Shown: positions 1 through 10,387 of the stretch, piece by piece | Position numbering within the stretch: the stretch's first letter is position 1 | Layout: each line of letters starts with the position of its first letter | NCBI GenBank assembly: GCA_963827285.1 | Contig: CAWHAG010000001.1 | Location: 274,682 to 338,681 of the forward strand | DNA from: Ignavibacteriota bacterium | GTDB taxonomy: Bacteria > Bacteroidota > Ignavibacteria > CAWHAG01 | Direction of reading: 5' to 3' | DNA length: 64,000 nt | Position numbers and translations under genes: made by a program | The notes under the pieces: generated by a model | Databases searched by the model: none | The model's input: the letters and a program-made list of their open reading frames with translations, nothing else | Told to the model about the DNA's origin: nothing

Positions 1-728
1 AACACATCTATGCCCACATCCCGCTGAATGATCTCCGCGTAGTGTCGAAGTGCTCTATCAAGCAATTCAACGTCCCGCGGTATTGCTCCTTTCTGAGGTG
101 CATAGACGAACGATGCGCCTCCAGAGCCACAGAGCTTGTTCGTAACGTCTGTCGCACCGATGATTTCAATGTTGTGGATTCTCTTGTCAATGTCCGAAAT
201 ATCCATACGTGCAAGATCGAGGAGTGTGGCACCACCTTGCTGAAGCTCACGACCGTGTGAGTCAAGCAATTGTACCCCTAATGCTTAAGCCATGCCGGCA
301 CCGCCGTCATTAGTCGCACTTCCTCCGAGTCCAACAATGATTCTCTTCACACGCTGATCCATTGCAGCACGGATAAGTTGGCCGACACCGTATGTGGTCG
401 TAACCTTTGGATCTCGCTTTTCAAGTGGAACGAGCGTGATACCCGCTGCTGCCGCCATTTCAATCACCGCTGTCGTTCCATCGCCCAGGACTCCCCAGGT
501 TGCCTTTACCTTCTGATAGGGTAGAGGTCCCGAGACCTCCGACTCATAGAAGGTTCCGTTCGAGGCAGAGATGAGCGCGTCCACCGTGCCCTCACCGCCA
601 TCGGCAATCGGAAGAGCAAGAACTTCTGCGATGGGGAGTGCTTTCTCCACTGCTTGGGTCATGATGTCAGCGGCTTTCCGGGCTGTGAGCGAGCCTTTGA
701 ATGAGTCGGGTGCGACGAGAACAGTCAT
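1..728 (-). pseudogene. glycerate kinase (GlxK/GarK family), interrupted by an in-frame TAA at 285-287; 3' end runs off the window
   Basis: ORF 285-728 begins MTVLVAPDSFKGSL...LPIADGGEGTVDA...GLGGSATNDGGAGMA, typical glycerate kinase. The same frame continues past the stop as ALGVQLLDSHG...GATDVTNKLCGSGGASFVYAPQKGA... down to position 3. The stop sits where the family has a conserved Gln (CAA vs TAA). Confidence 0.6.
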
Positions 729-1038
729 GGGTGTCAGGTTACATGGGTATCAGGTTACAGAGGTCAGATTTCAGTTGGAGGTTGACCAAAAAGATCACAA
801 ATTGTCACCCCGAAGTTGTTTCGGGGTCTGAAAACAGCCCAGAACAGATGCTGAAACAAGTTCAGCATGACAACAGTCATGCATTCGTTTACTTTCTGTT
901 CAACCTCTTACCCTGTTTAACTGAAAGATAAGCATTTCCAGAATCTTCCTCAATGGAAAAATGATTTGTGAATCTGCGCCTTTTTTTGTAGATTGAGACA
1001 GTCGAATATCCAACGAGCATTATTCTCAGGGGAACAGT

Positions 1039-1819
1039 ATGATTGACATCGCCATCCAAGCTGCTCGAGAGGCAGGCAAGTTCTTGAAAGCCAATCTCGG
1101 CAAGGTCAGGAATATCGAACACAAACGGGAAGAAATCAATCTCGTTACAGAAGTTGACAGGAAATCCGAAGCGATCATCATTGATATGATCAGACAGCAT
1201 TACCCGCACCATGATATCTTAGCCGAGGAGACTGGAAGTCATAACAAGGCATCAGACTTCAAGTGGATCATTGACCCACTCGATGGCACAACGAACTACA
1301 CACATGGACTGCCTATCTATGGCGTGTCCATTGGACTTGAGAAGCGCGGGGAGATCATTCTTGGCGTTGTGTATAATCCTAATCTTGATGAATTGTTCGT
1401 TGCCGAGAAAGGGGGCGGTGCATTCCTGAATCATCGGCGCATCAAGGTTTCTGAGACCAAAGAGTTTATCAAGAGCCTCTTGATAACGGGGTTCCCTTAC
1501 AGTGTAAAAGAGAATCCCGGCAACTGTATCGAGCACTTCAATAATTTCCTGGTCTCAGCGCGGGCAGTCCGTCGCCTTGGCTCGGCATCGTTGGACATGT
1601 GCTACCTCGCCTGCGGGCGCTTCGATGGATTCTGGGAAGTGTTCTTGAATCCCTGGGATTCTGCTGCTGGGTATCTGATGATTCTTGAGGCGGGAGGAAA
1701 GGTCACCGATTTCGCTGGCAGACCATACAGCATCTATTCAGAAGCCGATATTAGCGAGCAACGGTAGAATTCATGAGCAGATGATGGAGATATTGAGAAA
1801 GGGAAATGTTGGTCAATAA
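1039..1819 (+). CDS. inositol monophosphatase family protein (SuhB-like) with apparent frameshift near the C-terminus
   Basis: 242-aa ORF with IMPase motifs (LAEETG, WIIDPLDGTTNY, WDSAAG). ORF stops at 1767 (…SEADISEQR*), but the +1 frame from about 1742 reads ILASNGRIHEQMMEILRKGNVGQ* ending at 1819, the canonical IMPase C-terminus. Confidence 0.75.
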
Positions 1820-2000
1820 GTCTGGATTTTGACAGCGATGTTCTCTTATGCGCTTATCAGAGGTTACCGAGGCGGGCACGGACCACCCCCATACCCGTGC
1901 GGTAAAGCCGGCACGATGGCGCCGATTACACCACAGGGCTGTGGACAGTGCAAGCCTGTATAAAGTATCGAATGGATTGTCCGGAGAAAGCGCGATGATG

Positions 2001-3206
2001 TTACGCCGCCTTTCGCCTTACCAACCTAATCCTAAACGTTGTCCCTTTTCCAATCGTGCTTTCTTTCACGAAGAGCTTGCCCTTGTGATAATTCTCGATG
2101 ATGCGTTTCGAGAGGCTCAAGCCTAATCCCCAGCCACGTTTCTTCGTGCTGAATCCTGGACGGAAAATATCCTTTTTGTACTTCATCTCAATTCCTTTGC
2201 CAGTATCGGTCACATCAATGTAAGTCACGTTCCCTCTCTGAGACAGCGAAAAGGTTATTTTCCCTTGCCCATTCTCGATTGCATCTAAAGCGTTCTTCAC
2301 CAAGTTTTCCAGCACCCATTCAAAGAGTTCACAGTTGATCATCGCCGTGTACTGCTCTGATGTAGCTGCGGTGATTTCAACTCTCTTTCCCATCTGAGGA
2401 AGTCGTCGTTCAAAATAGCGAATGATGTTCTGAACAACGTCATTGAGATTCTCTTCCTTCAGAACTGGCTTCGAGCCGATTTTTGAAAAACGAGACGCGA
2501 TCTTGTTCAGCCGGTTGACGTCGTTCTCAAGCTCCTGTATCGTTTCCATGAGCCTCCCATCACTGCCAGCGTTCCCTTTGAGGATTTCAACCCATCCCAT
2601 CAAACTGGAAAGCGGTGTTCCGAGTTGGTGAGCTGTCTCCCGCGCCATCCCAACCCAGATATTGCTTTGCTCACTCCTCTTGATGTAGCTGAATCCGATG
2701 TAGCCGATGAAGATGAGCAATCCACCAAGAACAATCTCAACGTAGGGTAGCCACCGAAGTCGCGTGACAAGTGTTGACTCGCCATAGTGGACATAATTGA
2801 TCACAGTATCTTGATGGGCAACTTTTATAGGAGTATGGTCTCGATCCATCGCGGGGATAAGACTGGCAACATATTCCCCTTTCTTGTTTTCATCCCAAGA
2901 GGAATCTACATCAACGTTTTTATATGAAATAACCACGTGGTTTGAGGCATCGCTCAGAATAAGCGGGAGATCAATCTTCACCGTGTTTTCCTGAACGATT
3001 TCCTGAAAGATGAAACCGAATTCGGCACTTGGTGTCTCCTCGTTGGCAATGAATTGCAGGGATTTGGCGTAGAGGTCAGCGATCTCCCGTTCGCGTTTCT
3101 GTAACTTCTCTACAATGGTTTGTGTGTACCACAGCGTCCCAATAATGATCGCAACGGCGATGACTACTAGTGCAGCTTTGATGTTGATAGATATTGGACC
3201 TTTCAT
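2001..3206 (-). CDS. sensor histidine kinase (two N-terminal TM helices, HisKA + HATPase_c)
   Basis: 401 aa; ETAHQLGTPLSSLMGW H-box; C-terminal DTGKGI...GWGLGLSL ATPase motifs. Confidence 0.8.
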   Translation of the reverse strand: MKGPISINIKAALVVIAVAIIIGTLWYTQTIVEKLQKREREIADLYAKSLQFIANEETPSAEFGFIFQEIVQENTVKIDLPLILSDASNHVVISYKNVDVDSSWDENKKGEYVASLIPAMDRDHTPIKVAHQDTVINYVHYGESTLVTRLRWLPYVEIVLGGLLIFIGYIGFSYIKRSEQSNIWVGMARETAHQLGTPLSSLMGWVEILKGNAGSDGRLMETIQELENDVNRLNKIASRFSKIGSKPVLKEENLNDVVQNIIRYFERRLPQMGKRVEITAATSEQYTAMINCELFEWVLENLVKNALDAIENGQGKITFSLSQRGNVTYIDVTDTGKGIEMKYKKDIFRPGFSTKKRGWGLGLSLSKRIIENYHKGKLFVKESTIGKGTTFRIRLVRRKAA

Positions 3207-3281
3207 AGAATCCTCTCCTCAATGTGATAGGGGAATATACTCAATTACCCTCATCGAGGCTATCCAAAAAATTTTCCCCTG

Positions 3282-5165
3282 CTACTTCTCACTGCTTTGT
3301 TGGAAGAACTTCTTTATCCCTCTGTAAATCGCTCCAGCGACTCTTCTCTGAAATGCCCCGTTCATCAGAAGAGCCTCTTGCTTTGGAAGAATGATGAACG
3401 CTGGCTCGACAAGGACAGAAATTGTCTCGTGAATGCGGCACATATACAGATTGTCCCAGTAGAGTCCGAAGTTCGGGAGTTTCAACTCCCTCGTGATTGC
3501 CTCTTGAATATCATAGGCTAAGGGATATGCCTGAGGATGATAGTAGTAAGTGCTGCTGCCGTTCCACACACGTGGGTCAACGCCATCGGGAACAGCATTG
3601 TTGTGAATGCTGATCATAATGTCAGGATGATAACTGACTACCACAGGTCGCCGCTGGCGTAAAGGAAGCGGATCAGTTGTGTGAGTAAGGTACACTTTTG
3701 CACCACTTTGTTCCAACAGCCTCTTGAGATCCAATGAGATTTTAAGATTGACATCCTTCTCCAGTGTCCCCCTTGGTCCAATGGCACCGGGATCAGGAGT
3801 GTGTCCGGGATCAAGGCAGATGGTACGCCCCTTCAGAACATTTCTCCCTGAACCGAGTTTCGGTGGACGCTTGATGTCCAGCAACAGGTTTGTCCCATCG
3901 TATCTCACCGTATAACCCCACTGTTGTTTCCCATTCAGATTGATCACAACCTGCATCATATCATTCTGCAGTTGTGACCACGTGATGTCTCGGATAGTCC
4001 TATCGCCAAAGTCATGGCGGATCCAGTCAAGGTCGGAAACGACACCGTAGAGGGTCAAGACCAGTCGTTGTGGATCAGTTGATTGCCCAATCTTGTAAGG
4101 GAGTCTTTCATGCAGTGCAAACTTCACTTCCACTTTGTCGGCGTACCCTTCTGTTCTAATGATCTCCAAGGTGCTGCGAGGTGGGGGAGTTCCCATAGGA
4201 AGCTCCTTCGTAGCATTCTTTGGAACCCAGATGTCTTCCGTGGGAGCAATTTTGAGTCGTGTCCAGTCGCCCTTTTTCCCGGTAGCAACTGCCTTCACTC
4301 CTCGCGGTATGAAAAGGTTGTAGCCAAGCTCCGCACCGGTGCGGGCGATGGTCATACTGTCTGAGAATTCGACCACACGAAGGATCGTGGAATTGTCAAC
4401 GGAGAGTTTTCCTTTCGCTTCTTTAGAAAGCTCACCAAGTTCTTCATGCTTCAGATGGAAAATAATCTTCGCACCAATGAGAGCGGTATCCGGCAAAAGA
4501 TAATGTCCTCTGTAGATTCCTTGAATAGTATCACCAGTAGCCTTTGCACCGCTGCCGAACACCGCCTCACCCCAATAGTAGTTGTCCACCATGCTGGTCT
4601 CTGTCATCGGAATGTTTCGTATCACTCCCTCGATGTCGAATGAAGCCGCACAGTGTGGCGTTCCTTTGAACTCAACGGTGAAGGCTTCGTGAGGACTGAG
4701 AACCACATTATCATCAGGCTGCATTGAGTAGGTCGTATCAATTAGCAGCGTATCACGGCGAGAGGTTTTGAGCGGCACAGGAGCAAAGGCGTAAACAACG
4801 AGCGTATCCTCCTTCCCATTAAATCGCGCGATGCAGGTGAATCGCACATTTACAGTAACAGTGTCTTGACCGGATATGATTTGTTTTTCTTTGTCAAGAA
4901 AGATTATAGGGGCAAGAGCGAGAAATGCACCATCCATCTCGACCTTTGCCTCTATGCCATTGACACATACTTTTGCCGATGGTGGAGAGACAGTTCCAAT
5001 GGCAAATGTTGGCGCTTTGGAATAGGAGATCCTCTCGCGCTCATTAGGATAGACAACTGTGAGCTTGATACTCTGGGAATTCGGGACTCCGTCGTGAGGT
5101 TCAGCCCGAAGGGTTGCTGACACCAGCAGACAAACAGATGCGAAGAAGAGACTTCTCATGAGCAT
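3282..5165 (-). CDS. N-acetylmuramoyl-L-alanine amidase (Amidase_3 C-terminal domain, large N-terminal extension)
   Basis: 627 aa with signal peptide; C-terminal ICLDPGHTPDPGAIG...ISIHNNA...AFIILPKQEALL matches Amidase_3. Confidence 0.75.
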   Translation of the reverse strand: MLMRSLFFASVCLLVSATLRAEPHDGVPNSQSIKLTVVYPNERERISYSKAPTFAIGTVSPPSAKVCVNGIEAKVEMDGAFLALAPIIFLDKEKQIISGQDTVTVNVRFTCIARFNGKEDTLVVYAFAPVPLKTSRRDTLLIDTTYSMQPDDNVVLSPHEAFTVEFKGTPHCAASFDIEGVIRNIPMTETSMVDNYYWGEAVFGSGAKATGDTIQGIYRGHYLLPDTALIGAKIIFHLKHEELGELSKEAKGKLSVDNSTILRVVEFSDSMTIARTGAELGYNLFIPRGVKAVATGKKGDWTRLKIAPTEDIWVPKNATKELPMGTPPPRSTLEIIRTEGYADKVEVKFALHERLPYKIGQSTDPQRLVLTLYGVVSDLDWIRHDFGDRTIRDITWSQLQNDMMQVVINLNGKQQWGYTVRYDGTNLLLDIKRPPKLGSGRNVLKGRTICLDPGHTPDPGAIGPRGTLEKDVNLKISLDLKRLLEQSGAKVYLTHTTDPLPLRQRRPVVVSYHPDIMISIHNNAVPDGVDPRVWNGSSTYYYHPQAYPLAYDIQEAITRELKLPNFGLYWDNLYMCRIHETISVLVEPAFIILPKQEALLMNGAFQRRVAGAIYRGIKKFFQQSSEK

Positions 5166-5204
5166 AAGGTTTCATTACAGGAGATATTGAGGAGCAACTA
5201 TGAA

Positions 5205-5834
5205 TTAGAGTTCCATCGCTTCATTGACGATGCGAAGGATATCTTCCGTCAGCGTTTGAATCCTAGATGTCGCTGATTGCATCTCCGCTAGCATCTGTGC
5301 GCTGAAGTCTCTGTCGCTTATTGAGCTGAGATTGATCCACACATTCAAGGCGGCGCTTTCGCTAGCAGCTCTCAACATCAAGGCAGCAACTCCTGCATCA
5401 CTGATCGAATTCTGGTTTCCTTTCTGTGCTACTACCTTGGTGAGTTCCAGCATACGAGCGCAGTCGCTCATAACTTCCATTGGCACTATTGCCGCCTGTT
5501 TCGTTGCCTGTTCTACAGCATCGCGTCGCACTTGTTTCTGTGAATCAGTATCCTTCGGTAAACCGTAAGCGCCCATCACCTTGTTGAAGGCTTCGGTGTC
5601 TTTGTCAATCAACTCAATGAAGATTCTTCTCAATTCTTCTGACGCTTTCAGCACGTCGGAGATCTCCTCGGTTACCTCAAGATACTTCTTTTTTCCAATG
5701 GTGAGATTACACACCATGGAGGTCAGTGCTGCACCGAGTGCCCCTAACAATGCGGCTACGCTGCCTCCGCCTGGAGCGGGTGAGTTAGAGGCGAGTTCGT
5801 TGAGAAAATCATTGACGGTCCTATCTACAAGCAT
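5205..5834 (-). CDS. formimidoyltetrahydrofolate cyclodeaminase (FTCD C-domain / cyclodeaminase-cyclohydrolase family)
   Basis: Motif NDFLNELASNSPAPGGGSVAALLGALGAAL. Start taken at internal Met (MLVDRTVNDF); track ORF extends to 5894. Confidence 0.75.
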   Translation of the reverse strand: MLVDRTVNDFLNELASNSPAPGGGSVAALLGALGAALTSMVCNLTIGKKKYLEVTEEISDVLKASEELRRIFIELIDKDTEAFNKVMGAYGLPKDTDSQKQVRRDAVEQATKQAAIVPMEVMSDCARMLELTKVVAQKGNQNSISDAGVAALMLRAASESAALNVWINLSSISDRDFSAQMLAEMQSATSRIQTLTEDILRIVNEAMEL

Positions 5835-6010
5835 AAGGGTTTCTCCAGAAACTGCAGTGTATGATGTTGAGTTCAGCGATTCTGATTTGACCAAATCAGA
5901 TTAGGATCAGTCGCGAGCAACACGGGATTACAGTTTGGGGATTGTGGATTACGGACTGATTCGAGATCTCTGGCCATTACGAAATCTAGAACGGGCAAGC
6001 TAATTTCGAT

Positions 6011-7045
6011 CTAGATTTGATATTCGATAATCTTTTTCTCTGAATCGAAGACATCCAACTGGCTAAGTCCCAAGCGATCAATCGCCACCTGAATCAATTC
6101 TTCTTCTGATACTTCAACGGTCTTTCCATCTCTTTCAAGATAGAACTTTCCCGCTATAAGCAGTGCTTTCTTCGGCGTAAGTCCGACAATTTCGCTGCCG
6201 GTCGCTTTGAAGCCAAGTTTCTCCGCTTCTTTTCTCACTTCCTCGAATGCGACGTGTGGTGGTGTGATTTCATAGTTGACGAGGTTGATGGATACCTGCG
6301 CAATGTTATGCGCTTCAAGCAACACGCCCATGGCTTTCACAGCCTTGAGGGAACCGGGAGTCATCACTTTCTCGCCGTGCTCGTCTAGGACAAATTCACC
6401 CTTAGCGTTCTTCAATGCTCGTCCACTTTCTCGTATCCTCGAGGCAATTTCCTGAGCGACTTTTGAATCGTTTGTATTTAGATTGACGTTGTAGGCGATC
6501 AGGAACACTCTTGCCCCAGTCACTGTCGCGCCGGACTTCGCATTGAACGTCCCCGGACCATAGTCAGGCTGCCAGGTTGGATCCTTCAGCTTCTCAGGCA
6601 AGCCTTCATATTCTCCCTTGCGAATGTTGGCAAGGTTCTTCCTTTCGGGTCTCGTCGCGGCTTCTTCGTAGAGATAGATTGGAATGCTCAGTTCCTCGCT
6701 GACTCGTTTGCCATATTCGTTCGCGAGTCGAACGCAATCCACCATTGCTACTCCGGAGACCGGCACGAACGGCACAACGTCTGTGGCGCCAATGCGCGGA
6801 TGCTCACCTTTGTGCTTTGTCATATCAATCAGCTCAGATGCCGTCTTCGTTGCTTGAAAAGCCGCTTCTTTCACAGATTCAGGTCCCCCGACGAAGGTGA
6901 CAACCGTTCGGTTGTAATCTCTATCAGGTTCAACGCTGAGCAGTTTCACACCCGAGATTCTGCGGATGCTGTCAGCAATCGCATTGATAATATCGAGGTT
7001 CCGTCCCTCACTGAAGTTGGGAACGCATTCAACAATCTGATTCAA
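6011..7045 (-). CDS. ftcD: glutamate formimidoyltransferase
   Basis: N-terminus MNQIVECVPNFSEGRN is the classic formiminotransferase signature; 344 aa. Confidence 0.85.
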   Translation of the reverse strand: MNQIVECVPNFSEGRNLDIINAIADSIRRISGVKLLSVEPDRDYNRTVVTFVGGPESVKEAAFQATKTASELIDMTKHKGEHPRIGATDVVPFVPVSGVAMVDCVRLANEYGKRVSEELSIPIYLYEEAATRPERKNLANIRKGEYEGLPEKLKDPTWQPDYGPGTFNAKSGATVTGARVFLIAYNVNLNTNDSKVAQEIASRIRESGRALKNAKGEFVLDEHGEKVMTPGSLKAVKAMGVLLEAHNIAQVSINLVNYEITPPHVAFEEVRKEAEKLGFKATGSEIVGLTPKKALLIAGKFYLERDGKTVEVSEEELIQVAIDRLGLSQLDVFDSEKKIIEYQI

Positions 7046-7093
7046 TGGTTCTCCTTTAGAAAGTGTTGTAGATCACGGGTTGGAGCTTGCCTC

Positions 7094-8347
7094 TCATCGC
7101 CGATTGAACTCTAAGACCTTGCCTTGCTTGATAACCGTCTCCACATGGTTCACGCCGAAGTGATAGGGGAGATATTGGTAATTCGGAATATCGAGAATGA
7201 GCATATCGGCTTTCTTGCCGACTTCAATGCTTCCAATGTCACTAGACAGACCAATTGCTGCGGCAGCATTCAACGTTGAGGCAACAATAGCCTCTTCCGG
7301 TGTCATCTTCATCTGTGTGCAGGCAATGGTCATCATCAGTTGCATATTTTCACTCATGCACGAGCCGGGATTGAAATCAGTAGCGATGGCGACTGGAACT
7401 CCCACGTCAATTAACTTCCTTGCAGGTGCGTAACTATGACCAAGGAAGAAAGAGACGCCGGGCAACAACACGGCGATCGTGCCTTTTTCCTTCATAGCTC
7501 GGATGCCGGCATCTCTGGTATGCTCAAGATGGTCAGCAGAAATCGCCGCAACCTCCGCAGCAAGTTCTGCACCATTGCCTGAAGTCAATTCATCTGCGTG
7601 GACCTTCGGTGTCAGTCCAAACTTCTTTCCTTCCTCCAAGATCCGCTTTGAATCTTCAAGGCTCAGGAATCCTTGTTCGCAGAACACATCGCAGAATCTT
7701 GCCAGTTTCTTCTTACCAACGTAGGGGATCATCTCCGAAACCACCAGCTCAACAAAATCCTTCTTCCTTCCCTTGAACTCTGGAGGGATTGCATGCGCGC
7801 CAAGAAATGTTGGCACGAGGTCAAGAATGTGTTCCTTGTTTAGTTCTTTGATCGCCTCCAGCATTTTGATTTCGTTCTTGAAATCCAAACCATATCCGCT
7901 TTTGACCTCGGCCGTTGTAGTGCCAAAACGAAGCATGGAATCAAGTCGTTTGTCGGTAGCTTTCTTCAGTTGCTTCTTTGTGGCTTCCCTTACCGCCATG
8001 ACCGTGTTGATGATTCCGCCGCCCCGTTCAGCAATCTCACGATACGTCATCCCTTGCGTTCGCAAGGCAAACTCGTTCTCACGACTGCCAACGAACGCAA
8101 CGTGGGTGTGGGCATCTACAAAACCAGGCATAACTACTCTGTCGGATGCGTCGAGGACGTGCGCATCTGAACCGATTTCAAAACCGAACTCGTCGGTGCG
8201 ACCCACCCACTTGATTATTCCGTTCTCACTCAGAACGGAACCGTTTTCGATGACGCGCACGTCGAGCATCTCCTTGCCACTTTTGATATGCTTGCCGCCT
8301 CCTGCGATAGTCACCAATTGTTTGGCATTTCGGACGATAAGACGCAT
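7094..8347 (-). CDS. hutI: imidazolonepropionase
   Basis: Amidohydrolase motifs FVDAHTHV, KVHADE, ATDFNPGS; about 416 aa from internal Met MRLIVRNAK (track ORF starts further upstream at 8482). Confidence 0.85.
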   Translation of the reverse strand: MRLIVRNAKQLVTIAGGGKHIKSGKEMLDVRVIENGSVLSENGIIKWVGRTDEFGFEIGSDAHVLDASDRVVMPGFVDAHTHVAFVGSRENEFALRTQGMTYREIAERGGGIINTVMAVREATKKQLKKATDKRLDSMLRFGTTTAEVKSGYGLDFKNEIKMLEAIKELNKEHILDLVPTFLGAHAIPPEFKGRKKDFVELVVSEMIPYVGKKKLARFCDVFCEQGFLSLEDSKRILEEGKKFGLTPKVHADELTSGNGAELAAEVAAISADHLEHTRDAGIRAMKEKGTIAVLLPGVSFFLGHSYAPARKLIDVGVPVAIATDFNPGSCMSENMQLMMTIACTQMKMTPEEAIVASTLNAAAAIGLSSDIGSIEVGKKADMLILDIPNYQYLPYHFGVNHVETVIKQGKVLEFNRR

Positions 8348-8367
8348 CTTATTATTTATCGGATGAA

Positions 8368-8682
8368 TCAATTGAGTGAAAACTCTGTGATTTGAGAAGA
8401 GACATTGTAGTTCTTGATAGCTGATCCGTAGCCGTACTTCAGCGCTAGATTGTATCCGTACGTCTCGTGAAAACGGGACCAACCTATCGCGGAATATGGT
8501 AGGAGTCCCGCGTATCTCTCTTTTGAGATGTATTCATCACGCACAGCAAGCCAACCTATCCCCCCGTGCACGCCAATGCCTTCCGAAAAGGCGGTTTGGT
8601 GATTTAATGAATCCTGGCTGTGTAGAATGGTGGTAATCAAAGGAATGAAACAAGGGATTAGAACTAACGAAGAAGTTTTCAT
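8368..8682 (-). CDS. hypothetical small secreted protein (signal peptide, Tyr/Gly-rich C-terminus)
   Basis: ORF 8368-8706; MKTSSLVLIPCFIPLITTILHSQ signal-like N-terminus; no recognisable family. Confidence 0.3.
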   Translation of the reverse strand: MKTSSLVLIPCFIPLITTILHSQDSLNHQTAFSEGIGVHGGIGWLAVRDEYISKERYAGLLPYSAIGWSRFHETYGYNLALKYGYGSAIKNYNVSSQITEFSLN

Positions 8683-9129
8683 TTTCGTGTGGAAACTTTG
8701 TATCATTCGTCAGTTGTTCTACTGTTGCGAGGACGAACAAATCGGTTTGCTTTGTTCGTGGATAATGAAACCATGCAGTATGTCGTTTCAAGTGTAAGAA
8801 TTTTTGTTATCTTTGTCAAGTCTTTTCTATGTGCTCGCGTGGAGTGAAGGCTGCTAGTTCATAGCTTCCATCGGGGAACGGAAGGGAAACCTCTTACCAC
8901 TGCGTGAAGGCGCCGGCACAACTATCGTCCTAGCCATCTCTGGATGACCATGATAAGAGAATCCGTTATTTGTGTCCTTTTGACTTGATTATGACGACTA
9001 ATAATGTTAGATTGTAATGTGCAATTATCGCTGACTACGCGCGATGGAGATGTGAGATGTTTTCGGTGCCTTCTACTGAATTAAATCTAGACTGCTAATT
9101 CCTTCTTGCTTGACATCCTTGGTTGCTTC

Positions 9130-10362
9130 ATGAATCAGCGCAAACTCTACCACACGATCGAAAGCATCGCTTCTCAGAAATTTGATACTGATGAAGCATT
9201 ATTGAAACATGTGCTCGAAGAGGTACTCCGAAAGGAGCAGGTGAATGTGAAGGGTGGACGAATATGGAAGTTAAGACCCAACAAACGTTCCTACACTTTG
9301 GTATACCAGACGGGAGATGTAGATCACATACCCGAGGGATTTACTATACGGATTTCCGAGTATCCGATTTTCTTGGAAGTAGGACGGCGCAAATCGGCGT
9401 TGGCTGATGAAACGAATCGGTATCTTCGGAAGAAAGGAATCACAACCTATTCAGCGACAGGGGTCGGTGAGAAGCTCCGATTCCAGAACCAACCGCTGTA
9501 TTCGTATATCATTGCCTTGAACACCGATTCGGTAGATGAGCGCTTTCTCTACACATTGAATATTGTGAGCAACGCCGTCACTTCAGTGATGAAAAGCAGG
9601 AACATAGAGAAGAAGGCGCAGGAGTTAGAAAGGGATTTGGACAAGGCGCGGGAAATCCAGCAGAGCATTCTGCCAGCACATGAATACCACTTTGCGCAGT
9701 ATGAGTTGTTTGGAGCATCACTGGCCGACCGAATCGTTGGCGGAGATTTCTTTGATTATCTGGAAATTGGCGATGATGGCGAACGACTCGGTGTAGCAAT
9801 TGGAGATGCTGTGAGCAAGGGACTCTCAGCGGCAGTAGAAGCGCTATATGTTTCAGGGGCATTGAGGATGGGGGTGGATTACCAGACAAAATTGGGTTTG
9901 CTTGTAAGGAAGGTCAGTAACTTGGTGAACAAGACTTTTCCCGATGATAGATTCGTCACTCTGTTCTTCGTAGAACTCTTAAACACCAAGAACGGTCTCT
10001 GCATTTATGTCAACGCGGGTCATAACAATCCGATGTTGTTCAAGTCAGAGGTTAATAGCGTAGAGCTGCTGGAGGTCACGGGACCTGCCCTTGGACTTTC
10101 CCCAGATCAGAAATACTCAGTGGAAAACATCAACATGAAGCTGGGGGATATCTTACTGTGCTATACCGATGGTATCACGGAAGCGCCTAATGCCAATTTC
10201 GAGCTGTACAGTGAAGCACGACTTGCCCGCAAATTGGCGGAGGCGAAGGACTTGAGTGCAAAGGAAATTACACAATCCATTTTGGAAGAGGTGCAGCTTT
10301 TCAGTGCTGAGGCACCTTATGCGGATGACAAGACCATAGTGACGGTCAAGAGAATCAAGTAG
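9130..10362 (+). CDS. PP2C-type serine phosphatase (SpoIIE/RsbU family) with N-terminal sensory region
   Basis: C-terminal half has GGDFFDY...GDAVSKGLSAA...CYTDGITEA PP2C/SpoIIE motifs; track ORF begins at a TTG (9106), ATG at 9130. Confidence 0.8.
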   Translation: MNQRKLYHTIESIASQKFDTDEALLKHVLEEVLRKEQVNVKGGRIWKLRPNKRSYTLVYQTGDVDHIPEGFTIRISEYPIFLEVGRRKSALADETNRYLRKKGITTYSATGVGEKLRFQNQPLYSYIIALNTDSVDERFLYTLNIVSNAVTSVMKSRNIEKKAQELERDLDKAREIQQSILPAHEYHFAQYELFGASLADRIVGGDFFDYLEIGDDGERLGVAIGDAVSKGLSAAVEALYVSGALRMGVDYQTKLGLLVRKVSNLVNKTFPDDRFVTLFFVELLNTKNGLCIYVNAGHNNPMLFKSEVNSVELLEVTGPALGLSPDQKYSVENINMKLGDILLCYTDGITEAPNANFELYSEARLARKLAEAKDLSAKEITQSILEEVQLFSAEAPYADDKTIVTVKRIK

Positions 10363-10387
10363 GCTCTAGGTTTGGCAGCAAAAAAGC

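Noticed and set aside
285-287. Stop-codon reassignment (TAA read as Gln) as an explanation for the glycerate kinase stop
   Set aside because: TAA is used as an ordinary terminator elsewhere in the window (for example amidase 11984-11986 and the IMPase +1 frame at 1817-1819), so a nonsense mutation or base error is more likely.
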